Shown piece by piece: positions 37,607-49,997 of a stretch of DNA of 64,000 bases. This stretch comes from Elusimicrobiaceae bacterium (lineage in GTDB: Bacteria > Elusimicrobiota > Elusimicrobia > Elusimicrobiales > Elusimicrobiaceae). The DNA lies in the NCBI GenBank assembly GCA_045645285.1, contig JAZRIL010000006.1, positions 1,185-65,184 of the forward strand, read 5' to 3'. The position numbers and the translations under genes are program-made. Every line of letters begins with the position of its first letter. The stretch's first letter is position 1. The notes under the pieces were generated by a model. That model did no database searches, was not told the origin of the DNA, and saw nothing but the letters and a program-made list of their open reading frames with translations.

Positions 37607-39715
37607 TTACGCGGCGACGGCGGCTTTGCCTTCTGCGCGTTTTTCAACAATCGCTTTGGCAACGTTGGCCGGCACTTCGGCGTAGTGGCTCGGTTCCATC
37701 GTGAACGACGCGCGGCCTTGAGACAAGGAGCGCACATTCGTGGCGTAACCGAACATTTCGGCAAGCGGCACTTCGGCGCGGACGTAGCGGACGTTTCCGC
37801 GTACACCCATTTCGCCGATTTGACCGCGGCGGCTGCTCAAGTCCCCGATAATATCCCCGAGGTTGGCTTCCGGCGCAACGACTTCCACTTTCATAATCGG
37901 TTCCAAAATGACGGGCGCGGCTTTTTTGGCACCGTCTTTCAGCGCCATAGAAGCAGCGATTTTAAACGCCATTTCGGAGGAGTCTACTTCGTGGAACGAA
38001 CCGTCAAATACGGCCACTTTAATATCCACTAAGGGGTAACCTGCCATAGCACCGGAGTCCAATGCTTCGCGGCAACCTTTTTCAATAGCCGGGATATATT
38101 CTTTCGGAATGCGGCCTTGGGTAATTTCGTTAACAAATTCAAACCCTTTGCCTTTTTCCTGCGGTTCCAAACGGAGGAACACGTGCCCGTATTGACCGCG
38201 ACCACCGGACTGACGGACGAACTTGGTTTCTTGTTCCACCGTCTTGGTGATGGTTTCGCGATAGGCCACTTGCGGCGCGCCGACGTTGGCTTGTACGTTG
38301 AACTCACGTTTCATGCGGTCCACGATGATGTCCAGGTGCAACTCGCCCATACCGCTAATGACGGTTTGGCCGGTTTCTTCGTCGGTGCGGACGCGGAAGG
38401 TTTGGTCTTCTTCCGCCAAGCGCGCCAAGGCGTTGGACATTTTTTCTTCGTCGGCTTTAGATTTCGGTTCTACAGCAATAGAAATTACCGGTTCCGGGAA
38501 GGTGATGCTTTCGAGTACAATCGGGGCATCCGGCGAGCAGATCGTTTGACCTACGCGGGAGTTTTTAATAGCCACCGTAGCGGCAATTTCCCCGGCGGAA
38601 AGTTCTTTCACTTCTTCGCGTTTATCGGCCATCATACGCATCATACGACCGAAGCGTTCGGTGGCGTTTTTGCCCGGGAAGTATACGGCGTCCCCGGCTT
38701 TAATCGTACCGGAATAAATGCGGAAGAAACTCAGTTTACCTACAAACGGGTCCGTTTGTACTTTAAAGATAAGTCCGCAGAACGGTTCGCTGTTGGACGG
38801 TTTGCGGAACGTTTCTTCGCCCGTGTTCGGGTTCGTACCTTTGACGGCGGGCACATCTACAGGAGAGGGTAGATAGTCGTTTACGCAGTCCAACAAAGGT
38901 TGTACCCCTTTGTTTTTGTACGAAGAACCGCAAATCACCGGGAAGAATTTACCCGTCAGTGTACCGCGGCGGATGGCTTTTTTGATTTCTTCTACGGTAA
39001 AGTTGGTTTCGCCGTTTAAGTAACGCTCCATAATGGCTTCGTCAAAATCGGCGAGTTTTTCTATCATTTCTGTGCGGTATTTATTGGCCAATTCAACCAG
39101 GTCAGCCGGGATATTGCCTTCGGTAAAGGTGGCACCGTTGTGGTCACCGTCCCAGACGATTCCTTTCATTTTGACGAGGTCAACGACGCCAACAAATTTG
39201 TCTTCCGCGCCAATAGGCAATTGAATCGGGCACGCATTTCCGCCCAGTTTTTCTTTAATGGAGTTGGCGGAGCGGATAAAGTCCGCGCCGATGCGGTCCA
39301 TTTTGTTGATGTAGGCAATACGCGGAACATGGTATTTATCCGCTTGACGCCATACGGTTTCGGATTGGGGTTCTACACCCTGCACACCGTCAAAACAGCA
39401 CACAGCACCGTCCAACACACGCAAAGAACGTTCCACTTCGGCCGTAAAGTCCACGTGGCCGGGAGTGTCAATAATGTTGAGTTGGCAGTCTTTCCATACG
39501 CAGTAGATGGCCGCGGAGGTAATGGTGATACCTCTTTCGCGTTCTTGTTCCATCCAATCGGTTACGGACGCACCATCGTGCGTTTCACCGATTTTGTGCA
39601 CCTTACCGGTGTAGTACAAAATGCGTTCGGACGTGGTGGTCTTACCGGCGTCAATGTGCGCGATAATACCGATGTTGCGGATCTTCTCTAACGGATAGGT
39701 TTTAAATTCAGCCAT
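37607..39715 (-). CDS. fusA: elongation factor G
   Basis: 702 aa containing [19 protein letters not shown] and DTPGHVDF. Confidence 0.97.
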   Translation of the reverse strand: MAEFKTYPLEKIRNIGIIAHIDAGKTTTSERILYYTGKVHKIGETHDGASVTDWMEQERERGITITSAAIYCVWKDCQLNIIDTPGHVDFTAEVERSLRVLDGAVCCFDGVQGVEPQSETVWRQADKYHVPRIAYINKMDRIGADFIRSANSIKEKLGGNACPIQLPIGAEDKFVGVVDLVKMKGIVWDGDHNGATFTEGNIPADLVELANKYRTEMIEKLADFDEAIMERYLNGETNFTVEEIKKAIRRGTLTGKFFPVICGSSYKNKGVQPLLDCVNDYLPSPVDVPAVKGTNPNTGEETFRKPSNSEPFCGLIFKVQTDPFVGKLSFFRIYSGTIKAGDAVYFPGKNATERFGRMMRMMADKREEVKELSAGEIAATVAIKNSRVGQTICSPDAPIVLESITFPEPVISIAVEPKSKADEEKMSNALARLAEEDQTFRVRTDEETGQTVISGMGELHLDIIVDRMKREFNVQANVGAPQVAYRETITKTVEQETKFVRQSGGRGQYGHVFLRLEPQEKGKGFEFVNEITQGRIPKEYIPAIEKGCREALDSGAMAGYPLVDIKVAVFDGSFHEVDSSEMAFKIAASMALKDGAKKAAPVILEPIMKVEVVAPEANLGDIIGDLSSRRGQIGEMGVRGNVRYVRAEVPLAEMFGYATNVRSLSQGRASFTMEPSHYAEVPANVAKAIVEKRAEGKAAVAA

Positions 39716-39729
39716 AGTTGAGTTCCCGC

Positions 39730-40209
39730 TTAAAATTTAAAGTGGGCGAAAGCGCGGTTGGCTTCGGCCATTTTGTGCACGTCTTCGCGTTTTTTGAACG
39801 CGGTGCCTTCTTTTTTGGCGCCCAAGATAATTTCTTCGGCCAATTTTTCAGCCATCGGGCGGCCTTTGCGGCTTTGGGCAGCCCCAATCAGCCAGCGCAT
39901 CGCTAAGGACGTGCTGCGAAGGGGTTTTACTTCCGTAGGCACTTGATAGTTAGCACCACCTACGCGGCGGGCTTTTACTTCCACGAGCGGGCGGACGTTT
40001 TCAATGCATTTGGTAAATACGTCTAACGCATTTTCTTTCGTTTTTTGGGCGATAATCTCCATCGCATCATCTAAAATGCGCTCAGCGGTGGAAGTTTTAC
40101 CTTCAAAATTTAATTTGTTAATGAACCGGGCCACGAGCACGGAATTGTATTTATAATCCGGCGCGGGTTGCGGTCTTCTGTCTCTGGGTCTTAAACCTTT
40201 TCTCGGCAT
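39730..40209 (-). CDS. rpsG: 30S ribosomal protein S7
   Basis: 159 aa; str operon position. Confidence 0.95.
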   Translation of the reverse strand: MPRKGLRPRDRRPQPAPDYKYNSVLVARFINKLNFEGKTSTAERILDDAMEIIAQKTKENALDVFTKCIENVRPLVEVKARRVGGANYQVPTEVKPLRSTSLAMRWLIGAAQSRKGRPMAEKLAEEIILGAKKEGTAFKKREDVHKMAEANRAFAHFKF

Positions 40210-40232
40210 ATTCTTTCATTCACTCCTAAAAA

Positions 40233-40613
40233 TTATTTACCGGCTTTGGGGCGTTTTACGCCATAAAGCGAGCGGCCTTGTTTTCTGTTTTCTACGCCCG
40301 ACGCATCAAGCGCACCGCGGATGATGTGATAGCGCACACCCGGCAAGTCTTTCACACGTCCGCCGCGCACGAGCACGATGGAGTGTTCTTGCAAGTTGTG
40401 GCCCACACCCGGGATGTAAGCGGTTACTTCCATTTTGGAAGTGAGTTTTACACGGGCGACCTTCCGTAAAGCCGAGTTCGGTTTTTTAGGGGTCGTGGTA
40501 TAAACACGGGTGCAAACGCCGCGCCGTTGGGGGCAGGATTGCAACGCCGGGGATTTAGTCCGGTTGGACTCTTTCGCCCGTCCGTATTTTACTAATTGGT
40601 TTACTGTTGGCAT
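40233..40613 (-). CDS. rpsL: 30S ribosomal protein S12
   Basis: Internal start gives [12 protein letters not shown]. Contains [10 protein letters not shown]. Confidence 0.95.
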   Translation of the reverse strand: MPTVNQLVKYGRAKESNRTKSPALQSCPQRRGVCTRVYTTTPKKPNSALRKVARVKLTSKMEVTAYIPGVGHNLQEHSIVLVRGGRVKDLPGVRYHIIRGALDASGVENRKQGRSLYGVKRPKAGK

Positions 40614-40623
40614 TACTTCTCTC

Positions 40624-43600
40624 CTATTTTGTTTCTTTGCGTTTTTGTTCAAACTCATGGGCGATTTGACGCGCGGAAATACCAGTTCCCGCCGGGATCA
40701 AATGGCCTACAATGACGTTTTCTTTCAGACCGGCGAGTTCATCTACCTGGCCGGTAATCGCGGCGTCCGTCAAAACCTTGGTGGTTTCTTGGAACGAAGC
40801 CGCGGAGATAAATGATTCAGACGCTAACGAGGCCTTACTAATACCTAAAAGGATCGTTTCGGCTTCCGCCATACGTTTGCCGGCCGCTTTCATCTTGGCG
40901 TTTTCACGCAGCCAACTGGCACGGCTTAACACTTCGCCTTTTAGGAAGTGGGTATCCCCAGCATCCAGAATTTTTACGTTCCCTAACATCTGACGGACAA
41001 TCACCTCAATATGTCTATCATTGATGGTTACGCCCTGCAAGCGGTACACTTCTTGAATAGCGTTTAACAGGAACTCTTGTGCTTCTTTTTCGCCCTTCAC
41101 GCGCAGCACGTCGTGGGGGTCAATGGCGCCGTCGGTGAGGGCTTCGCCCACGCCTACATGGTCGCCTTCGTATACCACCAGGTGTTTACCTTGCGGGATA
41201 CTGTATTGTTTGACTTGGTTGGTCTCCTCGTTACGGACGACTACTTCAATCAAACCGCGCGGAGATGTTTCCAGACTGACAATCCCTTCAAATTCCGAGA
41301 TAATCGCCGGATTTTTGGGTCTGCGCGCTTCAAATAATTCCGCGATACGGGGCAAACCGCCGGTGATATCTTTGGTACCTCCGGCTTCGCGCCCGATCTT
41401 GGCGAGCACGTCTCCGGGTTCCACTTCTTCACCGTTTTCCACCATCAGAATCGTATCAATAGGCAACGGGAAATTGATTTTCTTCTCTTTGCCTTCAATG
41501 CTGATGCGCGGGTTTTTCTTGCCCATGCGGCTAGCGGTAATTTTGCGTTCAATAACGCCGGTTACCTTGTTGCGTTCTTCCTGCAAGGTGATACCTTCCA
41601 CCACGTCCGTCAAGCGGACTTTGCCGGTTACTTCCGCCAACACCGGGATAGAGTGCGGGTCCCATTCGGCAAGCAAGGAACCTTTTTTCACGGTTTCTTT
41701 GTCTTTTACGTACAAAGAGGCACCGTACTGAATCTTGTATTCTTTTATTGTACCATTTCCGGCGGTTACAAAGATAGAACCGTTGCGGGAGATACAAATT
41801 CTGTTATCATAGCGGTTGGTAATTACTTTGATATCCTTGAAAGTAACTTTACCGTCAATTTCGGCCACCGCTTGACTGCGGGACAGCACGCGGGAGGCCG
41901 TACCACCGATGTGGAACGTACGCAAGGTTAACTGCGTGCCCGGCTCGCCGATGGACTGCGCGGCAATAATACCGACCGAGTCCCCGGGATTGCTTTGGGA
42001 AGACGTCGCCAAAGACAAGCCGTAGCATTTTGCACACACCCCATAAGGTGCTTCGCAGGTCAATACGGAGCGGATACGTACAGATTCCACACCGTATTTT
42101 TTGACTTGTTTGCTTTGTTCCAGCGTAATCAAATCGCCTTCTTTGATGATGGTTTTTTCTTCTTCGGAGCCGTCGGCTTTTTTCACTTTAACGACCACAT
42201 CTTCCAGCGCCGTGCGCCCTAAAATGCGTTCGTCTAACGGTTCTACCATTTCTTCGCCGCTCATCAAAGATTTTACGACGATACCGTTATGCGTGCCGCA
42301 GTCTTCTTCCGTAATGACTACGTTATGCGCCACGTCTACCAAGCGGCGGGTTAAATAACCCGCATCGGCGGTTTTTAACGCCGTATCGGAAAGACCTTTA
42401 CGTCCGCCGTGGGTGGAAATAAAATATTCCAACACGGACAGCCCTTCACGGAAGTTGGCGGTAATCGGGTTTTCAATAATTTCACCCTGACCGCCGGTCA
42501 GTTTCTTCTGCGGTTTAGCCATTAGACCGCGCATACCGGCTAACTGTCGCACCTGTTGGCGCGAACCGCGGGCCCCGGAATCCGCCATTAAATAGACGGA
42601 GTTAAAGCGTTGGCCGCTGTGTTCTTTGTTGGTGGGGTCAAATTTGGATTCTTCAAATTTTTTCATTTCTTTGAAGAGTTCGTTGGCCACATCATCGGTT
42701 ACACGCGTCCAGATATCAATAACTTTGTTGTAGCGTTCGCCTTCGGTAATAATACCGGCTTCGGCTTGCGCTTGAATTTGTTTAACTTGTTTTTTCGCGT
42801 CATCAATGTATTTTTGTTTGATAGACGGAATGGTCATATCGGCAATAGAGATGGACAAGCCGGACAAGGTAGCATAGTGATACCCCATCTTCATAATCTT
42901 ATCCAAGAATTGCACGGCTTCGTAGCGGCCGTATTTTTTGCTCTTGTAGCATTCATCTACCAAAGCACCCAATTCTTTTTTGCCGATCGTCTTGTTAATA
43001 TATTCCCAACCTTTAGGCAAGATTTGATTGAAGATGATGCGCCCTACGGAAGTATAATCTTTCCATTTGGACGCGTTCTTTTCATCTTTACCTTCTAAAC
43101 CCGGTTCCGGAATGGCATTGATACCGCGCACTTTGATTTTAGCGTGGTACGAAAGTTTGCCATATTCCAACGCCACAAGCGCATCTTCTTTGCTACCGAA
43201 GATAGAACCTTCGCCGATATCACCGTCTTTGATCTTGGTCAGGAAGTTAATACCTAACACCATATCGTGGGACGGAGCGGCAATCGGCTTACCCGAAGCG
43301 GGGGACAAAATGTTGTTGGAGGCCAACATCAAGGTGCGGGCTTCCATTTGTGCTTCCAAGGAAAGCGGCACGTGTACGGCCATCTGGTCACCGTCAAAGT
43401 CAGCGTTGAATGCGGCACAAGTAAGCGGGTGCAACTGAATGGCTTTACCTTCAATAAGGACCGGTTCAAACGCTTGAATACCCAAACGGTGCAACGTCGG
43501 AGCGCGGTTTAACATCACCGGATGGGATTTAGTTACTTGTTCCAAAATATCCCAAATTTCCGGGCGGACACGTTCCAACATCTTCTTGGCGGATTTAAGC

Positions 43601-44793
43601 GTGACGCCTTCTTTTTTCATTAGTTCGCCAATGATAAACGGTTTGAAAAGTTCCAACGCCATCAGTTTAGGTAAACCGCATTGGTGGAGTTTCAAGTTCG
43701 GGCCGACCACAATTACGGAACGGCCGGAATAGTCTACACGTTTACCGAGCAAGTTTTGGCGGAAACGACCGTGTTTCCCTTTGATGTTATCAGAGAGAGA
43801 TTTAAGCGGTCTGCCGCCGGCGCCGATGAAGAATTTACCGCGGGCCCCGTTTTCAATCAAGGCGTCTACGGCTTCTTGCAAGAGGCGTTTTTCGTTGTAA
43901 ATCATTACTTCCGGCGCACGCAAAGATTCAATGTGTTTGAGGCGGTTGTTGCGGTTAATAATACGGCGGTATAAGTCGTTTAAGTCAGACGCCGCAAACC
44001 GGCCTCCGTCCAAGGCCACCAGCGGGCGCAAATCCGGCGGGATGACAGGCAATACACTTAAAATCATCCATTCCGGGCGGTTGCCGCTTTCTTTGAACTC
44101 TTCCATCGTTTTGACGCGGCGGATGAGTTTGGTGCGTTCAATTTCGCTTTGCGTATTTTTAAGTTGTTCGTGCAACGCCGGGATTTCTTTATCAAAATCA
44201 ATCCCTTCCAAAAGCGTACGGATAGCCGGAGCCCCAATATCCACTTTGAGGCGCGAACCGTGTTTTTTGCGGGCTTCGCGCACTTGCACGTCGGAAAGGA
44301 GCGTCCCTTTCTTGAAGTCCACACGTCCGGTTACGCTATCCACGCAGTCTTCAATGACGACATAAGAGGCATAATAGACGACGCGTTCCAAATCGCTCGT
44401 GCGCATATCCAACATAATACCGATACGAGACGGATTTTTGCGCAAGAACCACACGTGAGCTACCGGCACGGCCAATTCAATGTGGCCCATGCGTTCACGG
44501 CGGACTTTGGCTTCGGTAATTTCAACACCGCAGCGGTCGCACTTAATACCTTTGAATTTTACCCAACGGTATTTACCGCAGGAACATTCATAGTCTTTCG
44601 TCGGGCCGAAAATGCGTTCGCAGAACAGACCGTCGCGCTCCGGTTTGAGCGTGCGGTAGTTAATCGTTTCCGGTTTTTTTACTTCCCCATAAGACCAACC
44701 CAAAATTTGTTCGGGGCTGGCAATCCCTAACTTGATTGCATCAAAGTCAAAGAAGTTTAAGTCGCTTAATTGTTTAACTTTTTTTGTTTGCAT
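40624..44793 (-). CDS. rpoC: DNA-directed RNA polymerase subunit beta'
   Basis: 1389 aa containing NADFDGDQM. Confidence 0.97.
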   Translation of the reverse strand: MQTKKVKQLSDLNFFDFDAIKLGIASPEQILGWSYGEVKKPETINYRTLKPERDGLFCERIFGPTKDYECSCGKYRWVKFKGIKCDRCGVEITEAKVRRERMGHIELAVPVAHVWFLRKNPSRIGIMLDMRTSDLERVVYYASYVVIEDCVDSVTGRVDFKKGTLLSDVQVREARKKHGSRLKVDIGAPAIRTLLEGIDFDKEIPALHEQLKNTQSEIERTKLIRRVKTMEEFKESGNRPEWMILSVLPVIPPDLRPLVALDGGRFAASDLNDLYRRIINRNNRLKHIESLRAPEVMIYNEKRLLQEAVDALIENGARGKFFIGAGGRPLKSLSDNIKGKHGRFRQNLLGKRVDYSGRSVIVVGPNLKLHQCGLPKLMALELFKPFIIGELMKKEGVTLKSAKKMLERVRPEIWDILEQVTKSHPVMLNRAPTLHRLGIQAFEPVLIEGKAIQLHPLTCAAFNADFDGDQMAVHVPLSLEAQMEARTLMLASNNILSPASGKPIAAPSHDMVLGINFLTKIKDGDIGEGSIFGSKEDALVALEYGKLSYHAKIKVRGINAIPEPGLEGKDEKNASKWKDYTSVGRIIFNQILPKGWEYINKTIGKKELGALVDECYKSKKYGRYEAVQFLDKIMKMGYHYATLSGLSISIADMTIPSIKQKYIDDAKKQVKQIQAQAEAGIITEGERYNKVIDIWTRVTDDVANELFKEMKKFEESKFDPTNKEHSGQRFNSVYLMADSGARGSRQQVRQLAGMRGLMAKPQKKLTGGQGEIIENPITANFREGLSVLEYFISTHGGRKGLSDTALKTADAGYLTRRLVDVAHNVVITEEDCGTHNGIVVKSLMSGEEMVEPLDERILGRTALEDVVVKVKKADGSEEEKTIIKEGDLITLEQSKQVKKYGVESVRIRSVLTCEAPYGVCAKCYGLSLATSSQSNPGDSVGIIAAQSIGEPGTQLTLRTFHIGGTASRVLSRSQAVAEIDGKVTFKDIKVITNRYDNRICISRNGSIFVTAGNGTIKEYKIQYGASLYVKDKETVKKGSLLAEWDPHSIPVLAEVTGKVRLTDVVEGITLQEERNKVTGVIERKITASRMGKKNPRISIEGKEKKINFPLPIDTILMVENGEEVEPGDVLAKIGREAGGTKDITGGLPRIAELFEARRPKNPAIISEFEGIVSLETSPRGLIEVVVRNEETNQVKQYSIPQGKHLVVYEGDHVGVGEALTDGAIDPHDVLRVKGEKEAQEFLLNAIQEVYRLQGVTINDRHIEVIVRQMLGNVKILDAGDTHFLKGEVLSRASWLRENAKMKAAGKRMAEAETILLGISKASLASESFISAASFQETTKVLTDAAITGQVDELAGLKENVIVGHLIPAGTGISARQIAHEFEQKRKETK

Positions 44794-44812
44794 GGTTCAA
44801 ATTCCCGGCTGA

Positions 44813-47800
44813 CTATTCGGCCTTGGCCTCCTTTTTATCTTCGGATTTTTCCGGCGCGGAGGCGGAGTTTTTCTCGTTGTGCTCTACGTTTTTAAGCAAG
44901 TCCACGCTTAAACCCAGGGCCTGAAGTTCTTTCACAAGTACTTTGAAAGATTCCGGCACACCCGGTTGGGCGGGGGCATCGCCTTTAACAATAGATTCGT
45001 ACATTTTCGTCCGTCCGGCAAAATCGTCGGACTTGACGGTTAAGAATTCTTGTAAGGTGTACGTAGCACCGTACCCTTCCATGGCCCACACTTCCATTTC
45101 CCCGAAGCGCTGACCACCGAATTGGGCCTTACCGCCCAGCGGCTGGCGGGTAATCATACTGTACGGACCGGTAGAACGCGAGTGCACTTTGTCTTCTACC
45201 AAGTGAATCAGTTTCATCATGTACATGTAACCGATAGTCACTTTTTCTTCAAAGGGTTCGCCCGTGCGGCCGTCGTAAAGCGTGATACGGCAGTAATCAT
45301 CGGGCAAGTATTTAGCGGCGTATTCTTCGCGCGCTTTGCCTTTGAGTCCTTTATCATCTAAGATTTTTTCTTTGGCTTTGCGGACTTCGTTGACCACTTC
45401 GGCTTCGCTCGGCCCGTCAAACACAGGCGTCGCGGCGTTGTAGTGCAAGTAGTGCGCGGCCCAGCCGAGCATCGTTTCCAACAACTGCCCTACGTTCATA
45501 CGGGAAGGAATACCCAGCGGCGAGAGCACGATGTCTAACGGGGTGCCGTCCGGCAAGAAAGGCATATCTTCTTGCGGCAAGATGCGGGCAACCACCCCTT
45601 TGTTTCCGTGGCGGCCGGACATCTTATCTCCGACGTGCAGTTTGCGTTTGGAAGCAATATATACTTTGACCGATTTGTTTACGGTAACCGGGAGTTCATC
45701 GCCTTGTTTGGAGAAGTCCATTTCCCGTTCGTAATGTTCCAACGCTTTCTTTTCCATTAACTTATATAACGAAGTAATGCGCGCGGTTTCTTTTTTCAAG
45801 TCGGCATCTTTTTTGATAGTTGCTTTGGCATTACTCAAGGCACGCTTGCGTTGTTCTTTCAAAAGGTCAAGCGTCGCCTCCTTTTCGTTTTCCAACGCAG
45901 CCAAACGCGCTTTTTCCTCGGCTTTGGTGAGTTTTTCTTTGCGCACAAACACGCGGGTACCCACTACTTTGCCGCTCGTTCCGGGCGGAACGCGCAAAGA
46001 AGCGTCCACCACGTCGTCGGCTTTTTTACCGAAGATTACTTTTAACAACCGTTCTTCCGGCGTTAATTGTTGTTCGCCTTTCGGGGTTACTTTACCCACT
46101 AAAATATCGCCGGGTTCTACCACCGTAGCCGGCAAAACAATACCGTCGTTGTCCAAGTGCGAGAGCGCATCGGCACCGATGTTGGGAATATCGCGGGTAA
46201 TTTCTTCCGCGCCCAATTTGGTATTGCGCGCATCCAACGTAAATTCGTGCAAGTGCACCGAGGTAAACACATCGTCTTTCACGAGGCGGCTGGACACCAA
46301 AATAGCGTCTTCGTAGTTATACCCTTCCCAACACATAAAGCCAACAAGCATGTTGCGCCCTAAGGCCAAGTAACCGTTATCCATGGATGGACCGTCGGCA
46401 ATCACTTGGCGGGCTTTTACGTTGTCGCCTGTTTTGACAATCGGGTGCTGGTTGATACACGTATCCGAGTTGGAGCGTTTGAATTTCAACAAATCATACA
46501 CATCCGTAGAGCCGTCTTTGGCTTCTATGATGATTTTGGTAGCATCGGCAAATTGGACACGCCCGTCGCGTTTGGCTACCATAGAAGTACCGGAGTCGCG
46601 CGCGACTTCGTGCTCAATACCGGTTCCCACATACGGGGCTTCCGGCATTAAGAGCGGTACGCCCTGGCGTTGCATGTTACAACCCATCAAGGCACGGTTG
46701 GCGTCGTCGTGCTCTAAGAACGGAATGAGCGCGGCGGATACGCTGATTACTTGCAAGGGCGATACGTCCATGTAGTTGACGTTTTTAGGCGCCACCATCG
46801 GATAGTCCGAGCGGACGCGGCAGGAAACGAGGTCGGTGTCAATCGTACCGTCTTTTTTAAGCGGCGTATTGGCCTGCGCCACGAATTTATCGTCTTCCGT
46901 ATCGGCGGTTAAGTTTTCAATTTTATCGGTTACTTTGCCGTTGACTACTTTGCGGTACGGCGTTTCAATTAAACCGTATTTGTTGACCTTAGAGTAGCAC
47001 GCCAACGAGGTAATTAACCCGATGTTCGGACCTTCCGGCGTTTCAATCGGGCAGACGCGGCCGTAGTGCGTATAGTGTACGTCGCGCACTTCAAACCCGG
47101 CACGTTTGCGGTTTAAACCACCGGGCCCTAACGCGGACAAACGGCGTTTGTGGGTCAATTCACCCAAGGGGTTAATTTGGTCCATAAACTGCGAAAGTTG
47201 CGAAGTACCGAAGAACTTGCGGACAATCGCTTGCACCGGTTGTGCATTGACCAGCGCACGCGGCGTAAACGAGGTTAATTCGCGGTTCATGCGGTCACGC
47301 ACGGTTTTAGCCATTTGGCTTAGCCCGATGCGGATTTGGTTTTCCAACAGTTCCCCAATCCCGCGTACGCGGCGGTTACCCAAGTGGTCAATATCGTCTA
47401 CTTTAAAGGTAAAATCTTCGCCATATTCCTTTTGCACGTCTTCACCCGCGTTGAGCGCGAGCAAGTATTTAACAGCCACAATGACGTCTTCCGGCGCGAG
47501 GGTGCGGCGGTTATCAGACGGCTTTTGGAATTTTTTGAATTTGAATTTGCTAATCAAATCAAACATATTGGCAAATTTCTTGTTGATTTTGTAGCGGCCC
47601 ACGAAACTCAAATCGTACCGGCGGATGTTATTGAAAATCAAGTTATCCAAATACGATTCGGCTTGTTCTTTGACGACGAAATCTTGCCCTCTCATCTTTT
47701 TGTAGATTTCGGCTTGCGCTTCGGCCACGGTGCGGATGGAATCCTTGCGGTGTTCCAACGTGGCTAAAATGCCGGGGTCGTCTTGGCGCGGTTTGCCGCA

Positions 47801-48655
47801 AATTACTTTGATGGTTTTAACTTTCTTTTCTAAGAGCGTTTTAAACAGTTTGTCATCAATCGGCAAGGCGGCTTTTTCATCCAGGTTCCACAACACTTCG
47901 CCGGTGGACGGATCGTAAATATCGTCGGCGGCGTAACGGCCGATAATAGAATCAATGTGATTGGGTTTGACATCAATATCTTCGCATTTATAGAACGTTT
48001 GGATGATTTGTGCGTTAGTTTCCAAACCGCACGCGCGCAGGAAGGTGGACGCGAGTACTTTTTTCTTGCGGTCAATGCGAACCCACAAAGCGTTCATGAG
48101 GTCAAACGAAAATTCAATCCACGCCCCGCGGTACGGAATAATGCGCGCCACATACAGGCGTTTACCGAAGGTGGACTGTTTCTTTTCTTCGTCTTCTTCA
48201 AAAATGATACCCGGCGAGCGGTGCATCTGGCTGACGACGACGCGTTCCGCGCCGTTGAACACAAAGCAGCCGGCATCGGTCATTAAGGGTAAATCGCAAA
48301 GGTGGACGTCTTGGTCGGAGGCCTCTTTCATTTTCCCGTTTTTCTGTTTTACATATAGCCGCAACCAGGCCTTTAACGGAGCCGCGTAGGTGCTGTCGCG
48401 CACGGTGGCTTCGGCCGGAGTGGCGTAACGGGGGGTGCCTAATTCATATTTCAAAAATTCTAAGCGCATACTTCCGTCGGGGGCTTCAATAGGAAACACA
48501 TCTTCAAAAGCGGCTTGCAGGCCTTTCAATTCCCGTTTGGAAGGAGATACATCAAGTTGCAAAAAGTCCACAAAAGATTGCTTTTGCATATCCAACAAAT
48601 CCGGTAACGGTAGTTTGGTGGAAATTTTGCCGAAATTGGTTTGTTTTTCAATCAT
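44813..48655 (-). CDS. rpoB: DNA-directed RNA polymerase subunit beta
   Basis: ATG at 48655 (MIEKQTNFGK) with AGGAAG 7 nt upstream; the track start at 48703 is GTG. Confidence 0.96.
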   Translation of the reverse strand: MIEKQTNFGKISTKLPLPDLLDMQKQSFVDFLQLDVSPSKRELKGLQAAFEDVFPIEAPDGSMRLEFLKYELGTPRYATPAEATVRDSTYAAPLKAWLRLYVKQKNGKMKEASDQDVHLCDLPLMTDAGCFVFNGAERVVVSQMHRSPGIIFEEDEEKKQSTFGKRLYVARIIPYRGAWIEFSFDLMNALWVRIDRKKKVLASTFLRACGLETNAQIIQTFYKCEDIDVKPNHIDSIIGRYAADDIYDPSTGEVLWNLDEKAALPIDDKLFKTLLEKKVKTIKVICGKPRQDDPGILATLEHRKDSIRTVAEAQAEIYKKMRGQDFVVKEQAESYLDNLIFNNIRRYDLSFVGRYKINKKFANMFDLISKFKFKKFQKPSDNRRTLAPEDVIVAVKYLLALNAGEDVQKEYGEDFTFKVDDIDHLGNRRVRGIGELLENQIRIGLSQMAKTVRDRMNRELTSFTPRALVNAQPVQAIVRKFFGTSQLSQFMDQINPLGELTHKRRLSALGPGGLNRKRAGFEVRDVHYTHYGRVCPIETPEGPNIGLITSLACYSKVNKYGLIETPYRKVVNGKVTDKIENLTADTEDDKFVAQANTPLKKDGTIDTDLVSCRVRSDYPMVAPKNVNYMDVSPLQVISVSAALIPFLEHDDANRALMGCNMQRQGVPLLMPEAPYVGTGIEHEVARDSGTSMVAKRDGRVQFADATKIIIEAKDGSTDVYDLLKFKRSNSDTCINQHPIVKTGDNVKARQVIADGPSMDNGYLALGRNMLVGFMCWEGYNYEDAILVSSRLVKDDVFTSVHLHEFTLDARNTKLGAEEITRDIPNIGADALSHLDNDGIVLPATVVEPGDILVGKVTPKGEQQLTPEERLLKVIFGKKADDVVDASLRVPPGTSGKVVGTRVFVRKEKLTKAEEKARLAALENEKEATLDLLKEQRKRALSNAKATIKKDADLKKETARITSLYKLMEKKALEHYEREMDFSKQGDELPVTVNKSVKVYIASKRKLHVGDKMSGRHGNKGVVARILPQEDMPFLPDGTPLDIVLSPLGIPSRMNVGQLLETMLGWAAHYLHYNAATPVFDGPSEAEVVNEVRKAKEKILDDKGLKGKAREEYAAKYLPDDYCRITLYDGRTGEPFEEKVTIGYMYMMKLIHLVEDKVHSRSTGPYSMITRQPLGGKAQFGGQRFGEMEVWAMEGYGATYTLQEFLTVKSDDFAGRTKMYESIVKGDAPAQPGVPESFKVLVKELQALGLSVDLLKNVEHNEKNSASAPEKSEDKKEAKAE

Positions 48656-48745
48656 TGCTTTTCTTCCTGAAGTAGCAACGGGCGTTTTGGGTAGCGTGCG
48701 CACTCACGCCAACGGCCTCGTTGTGGTACCCGGTCTAGGGTACGA

Positions 48746-48775
48746 ATCCCAACCCCCGAAACCGGGGGCTGGGAT
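48746..48775. promoter_or_regulatory. hairpin ATCCCAACCCCCG-aaa-CCGGGGGCTGGGAT in the rplL-rpoB spacer (attenuator position; family-1-like ends)
   Basis: Read directly. An adjacent smaller palindrome GTACCCggtctaGGGTAC lies at 48726..48743. Confidence 0.5.
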
Positions 48776-48793
48776 ATAAGTGCATCGGTTGAA

Positions 48794-49180
48794 CTATTTG
48801 AGTTCTACGGTGCCGCCGGCTTCGGTGATTTTCTTTTTGAGTTCTTCCGCTTCGGCTTTGGCAACGTTTTCTTTTACGGCTTTCGGGGCGCCTTCAACGA
48901 GGTCTTTGGCTTCTTTGAGGCCCAAGCCCGTGATTTCGCGCACTACTTTGATGACGCCGATTTTCTTGGCGGCATCTACCGCGGTCAACACGACGTTGAA
49001 TTCATCTTTTTCTTCAGCGGCAGCACCGGCAGCCGGGGCAGCAGCGGCGGCTACGGCTACGGCCGGAGCAGCGGCTTTTACGCCGAATTTTTCTTCAATC
49101 GCTTTCACGAGTTCGGAGAGTTCCAAAACGGTGAGTTCAGCGATCGCATTTACTAATTCATCTTTGGTCATTTTTGCCAT
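48794..49180 (-). CDS. rplL: 50S ribosomal protein L7/L12
   Basis: 128 aa with an Ala-rich hinge; ends GGTVELK. Confidence 0.95.
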   Translation of the reverse strand: MAKMTKDELVNAIAELTVLELSELVKAIEEKFGVKAAAPAVAVAAAAAPAAGAAAEEKDEFNVVLTAVDAAKKIGVIKVVREITGLGLKEAKDLVEGAPKAVKENVAKAEAEELKKKITEAGGTVELK

Positions 49181-49292
49181 TTTATTTTTTCCTTTTATTT
49201 CTAGAGTAGCGGCCTTCTGCTTAACCCAGTTAAGCCCGTACCTTTACCCCTTGCGGGACTACTACCGCTCTTGGCGGGTTTAGATTTCGCCG

Positions 49293-49323
49293 GGTTTCAG
49301 TTGGCACAAAGCCAACCGAAACC
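49293..49323. repeat. hairpin GGTTTCAGTTGGC-acaaa-GCCAACCGAAACC in the 150-bp rplJ-rplL spacer
   Basis: Read directly; lies immediately after the rplJ stop on the minus strand. Confidence 0.5.
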
Positions 49324-49330
49324 TGTTGCG

Positions 49331-49852
49331 TTATTTTTGCTTGTCTTCCAACGCCTTAATAACGTAGGCAAAATCCCGTATCGGAGCTTGCAAGACTTGC
49401 GCCGATTGGGCCACCGCGTTGTACAACGCACCGGCCAATTTGGACAAGTTTTCTTCCTTCGTACCAATGGTAGCGAGTTGTTTAACTTGTGCCTCATTGT
49501 ACCAGACCCCTTCGGAATAGCAAGCACGCAGCTTCAAAGCCGCATTCTTCTTCTGAAAGTCAACCAGCGCTTTGGCTACGGCGGCGATATCGCCACCTAC
49601 CGCGATAGCGGTCGGGCCTTGAAAGAGTTTCGTATCGGCTCCTTCAATTTTGGCTTGGCTGACAGCGTGTTCCACGATTGCGTTGCGCTCTACGCGGAAT
49701 TTGGCTCCCGCGGGGGCTAACGCTTGGCGCACGGCTTCCATATCGGTAAACTTCAAGCCCTGATAGGACGTGAAGAACACCGTGCCACCGGTGGTAATTT
49801 CAGAAGCAAGGTCTTGCGACTTTTGTTTCTTTTGGTCTTTTGTCAGGTTCAT
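49331..49852 (-). CDS. rplJ: 50S ribosomal protein L10
   Basis: 173 aa, upstream of rplL. Confidence 0.93.
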   Translation of the reverse strand: MNLTKDQKKQKSQDLASEITTGGTVFFTSYQGLKFTDMEAVRQALAPAGAKFRVERNAIVEHAVSQAKIEGADTKLFQGPTAIAVGGDIAAVAKALVDFQKKNAALKLRACYSEGVWYNEAQVKQLATIGTKEENLSKLAGALYNAVAQSAQVLQAPIRDFAYVIKALEDKQK

Positions 49853-49997
49853 TTTATTGCCTGTTTTTTAACGAAAACCGCTGTTGTTTCCGCTACTTTT
49901 TAGAGCGAGAAAACGACAGCCACAGATTCCCCTTCCTCCGTTTTTCCGTCGGGGGGAATCATGGTTCTCGTAAAATCTGATAAATAACTTCTATTTT

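Noticed and set aside
1159-49720. Dozens of 60-280-aa ORFs in the track that overlap gcv, mre, ribosomal, secY, fusA, rpoB and rpoC genes on the opposite strand or in other frames.
   Set aside because: Each is nested in a confidently identified conserved gene. None has a recognisable motif. Such ORFs are expected in moderately GC-rich coding DNA.
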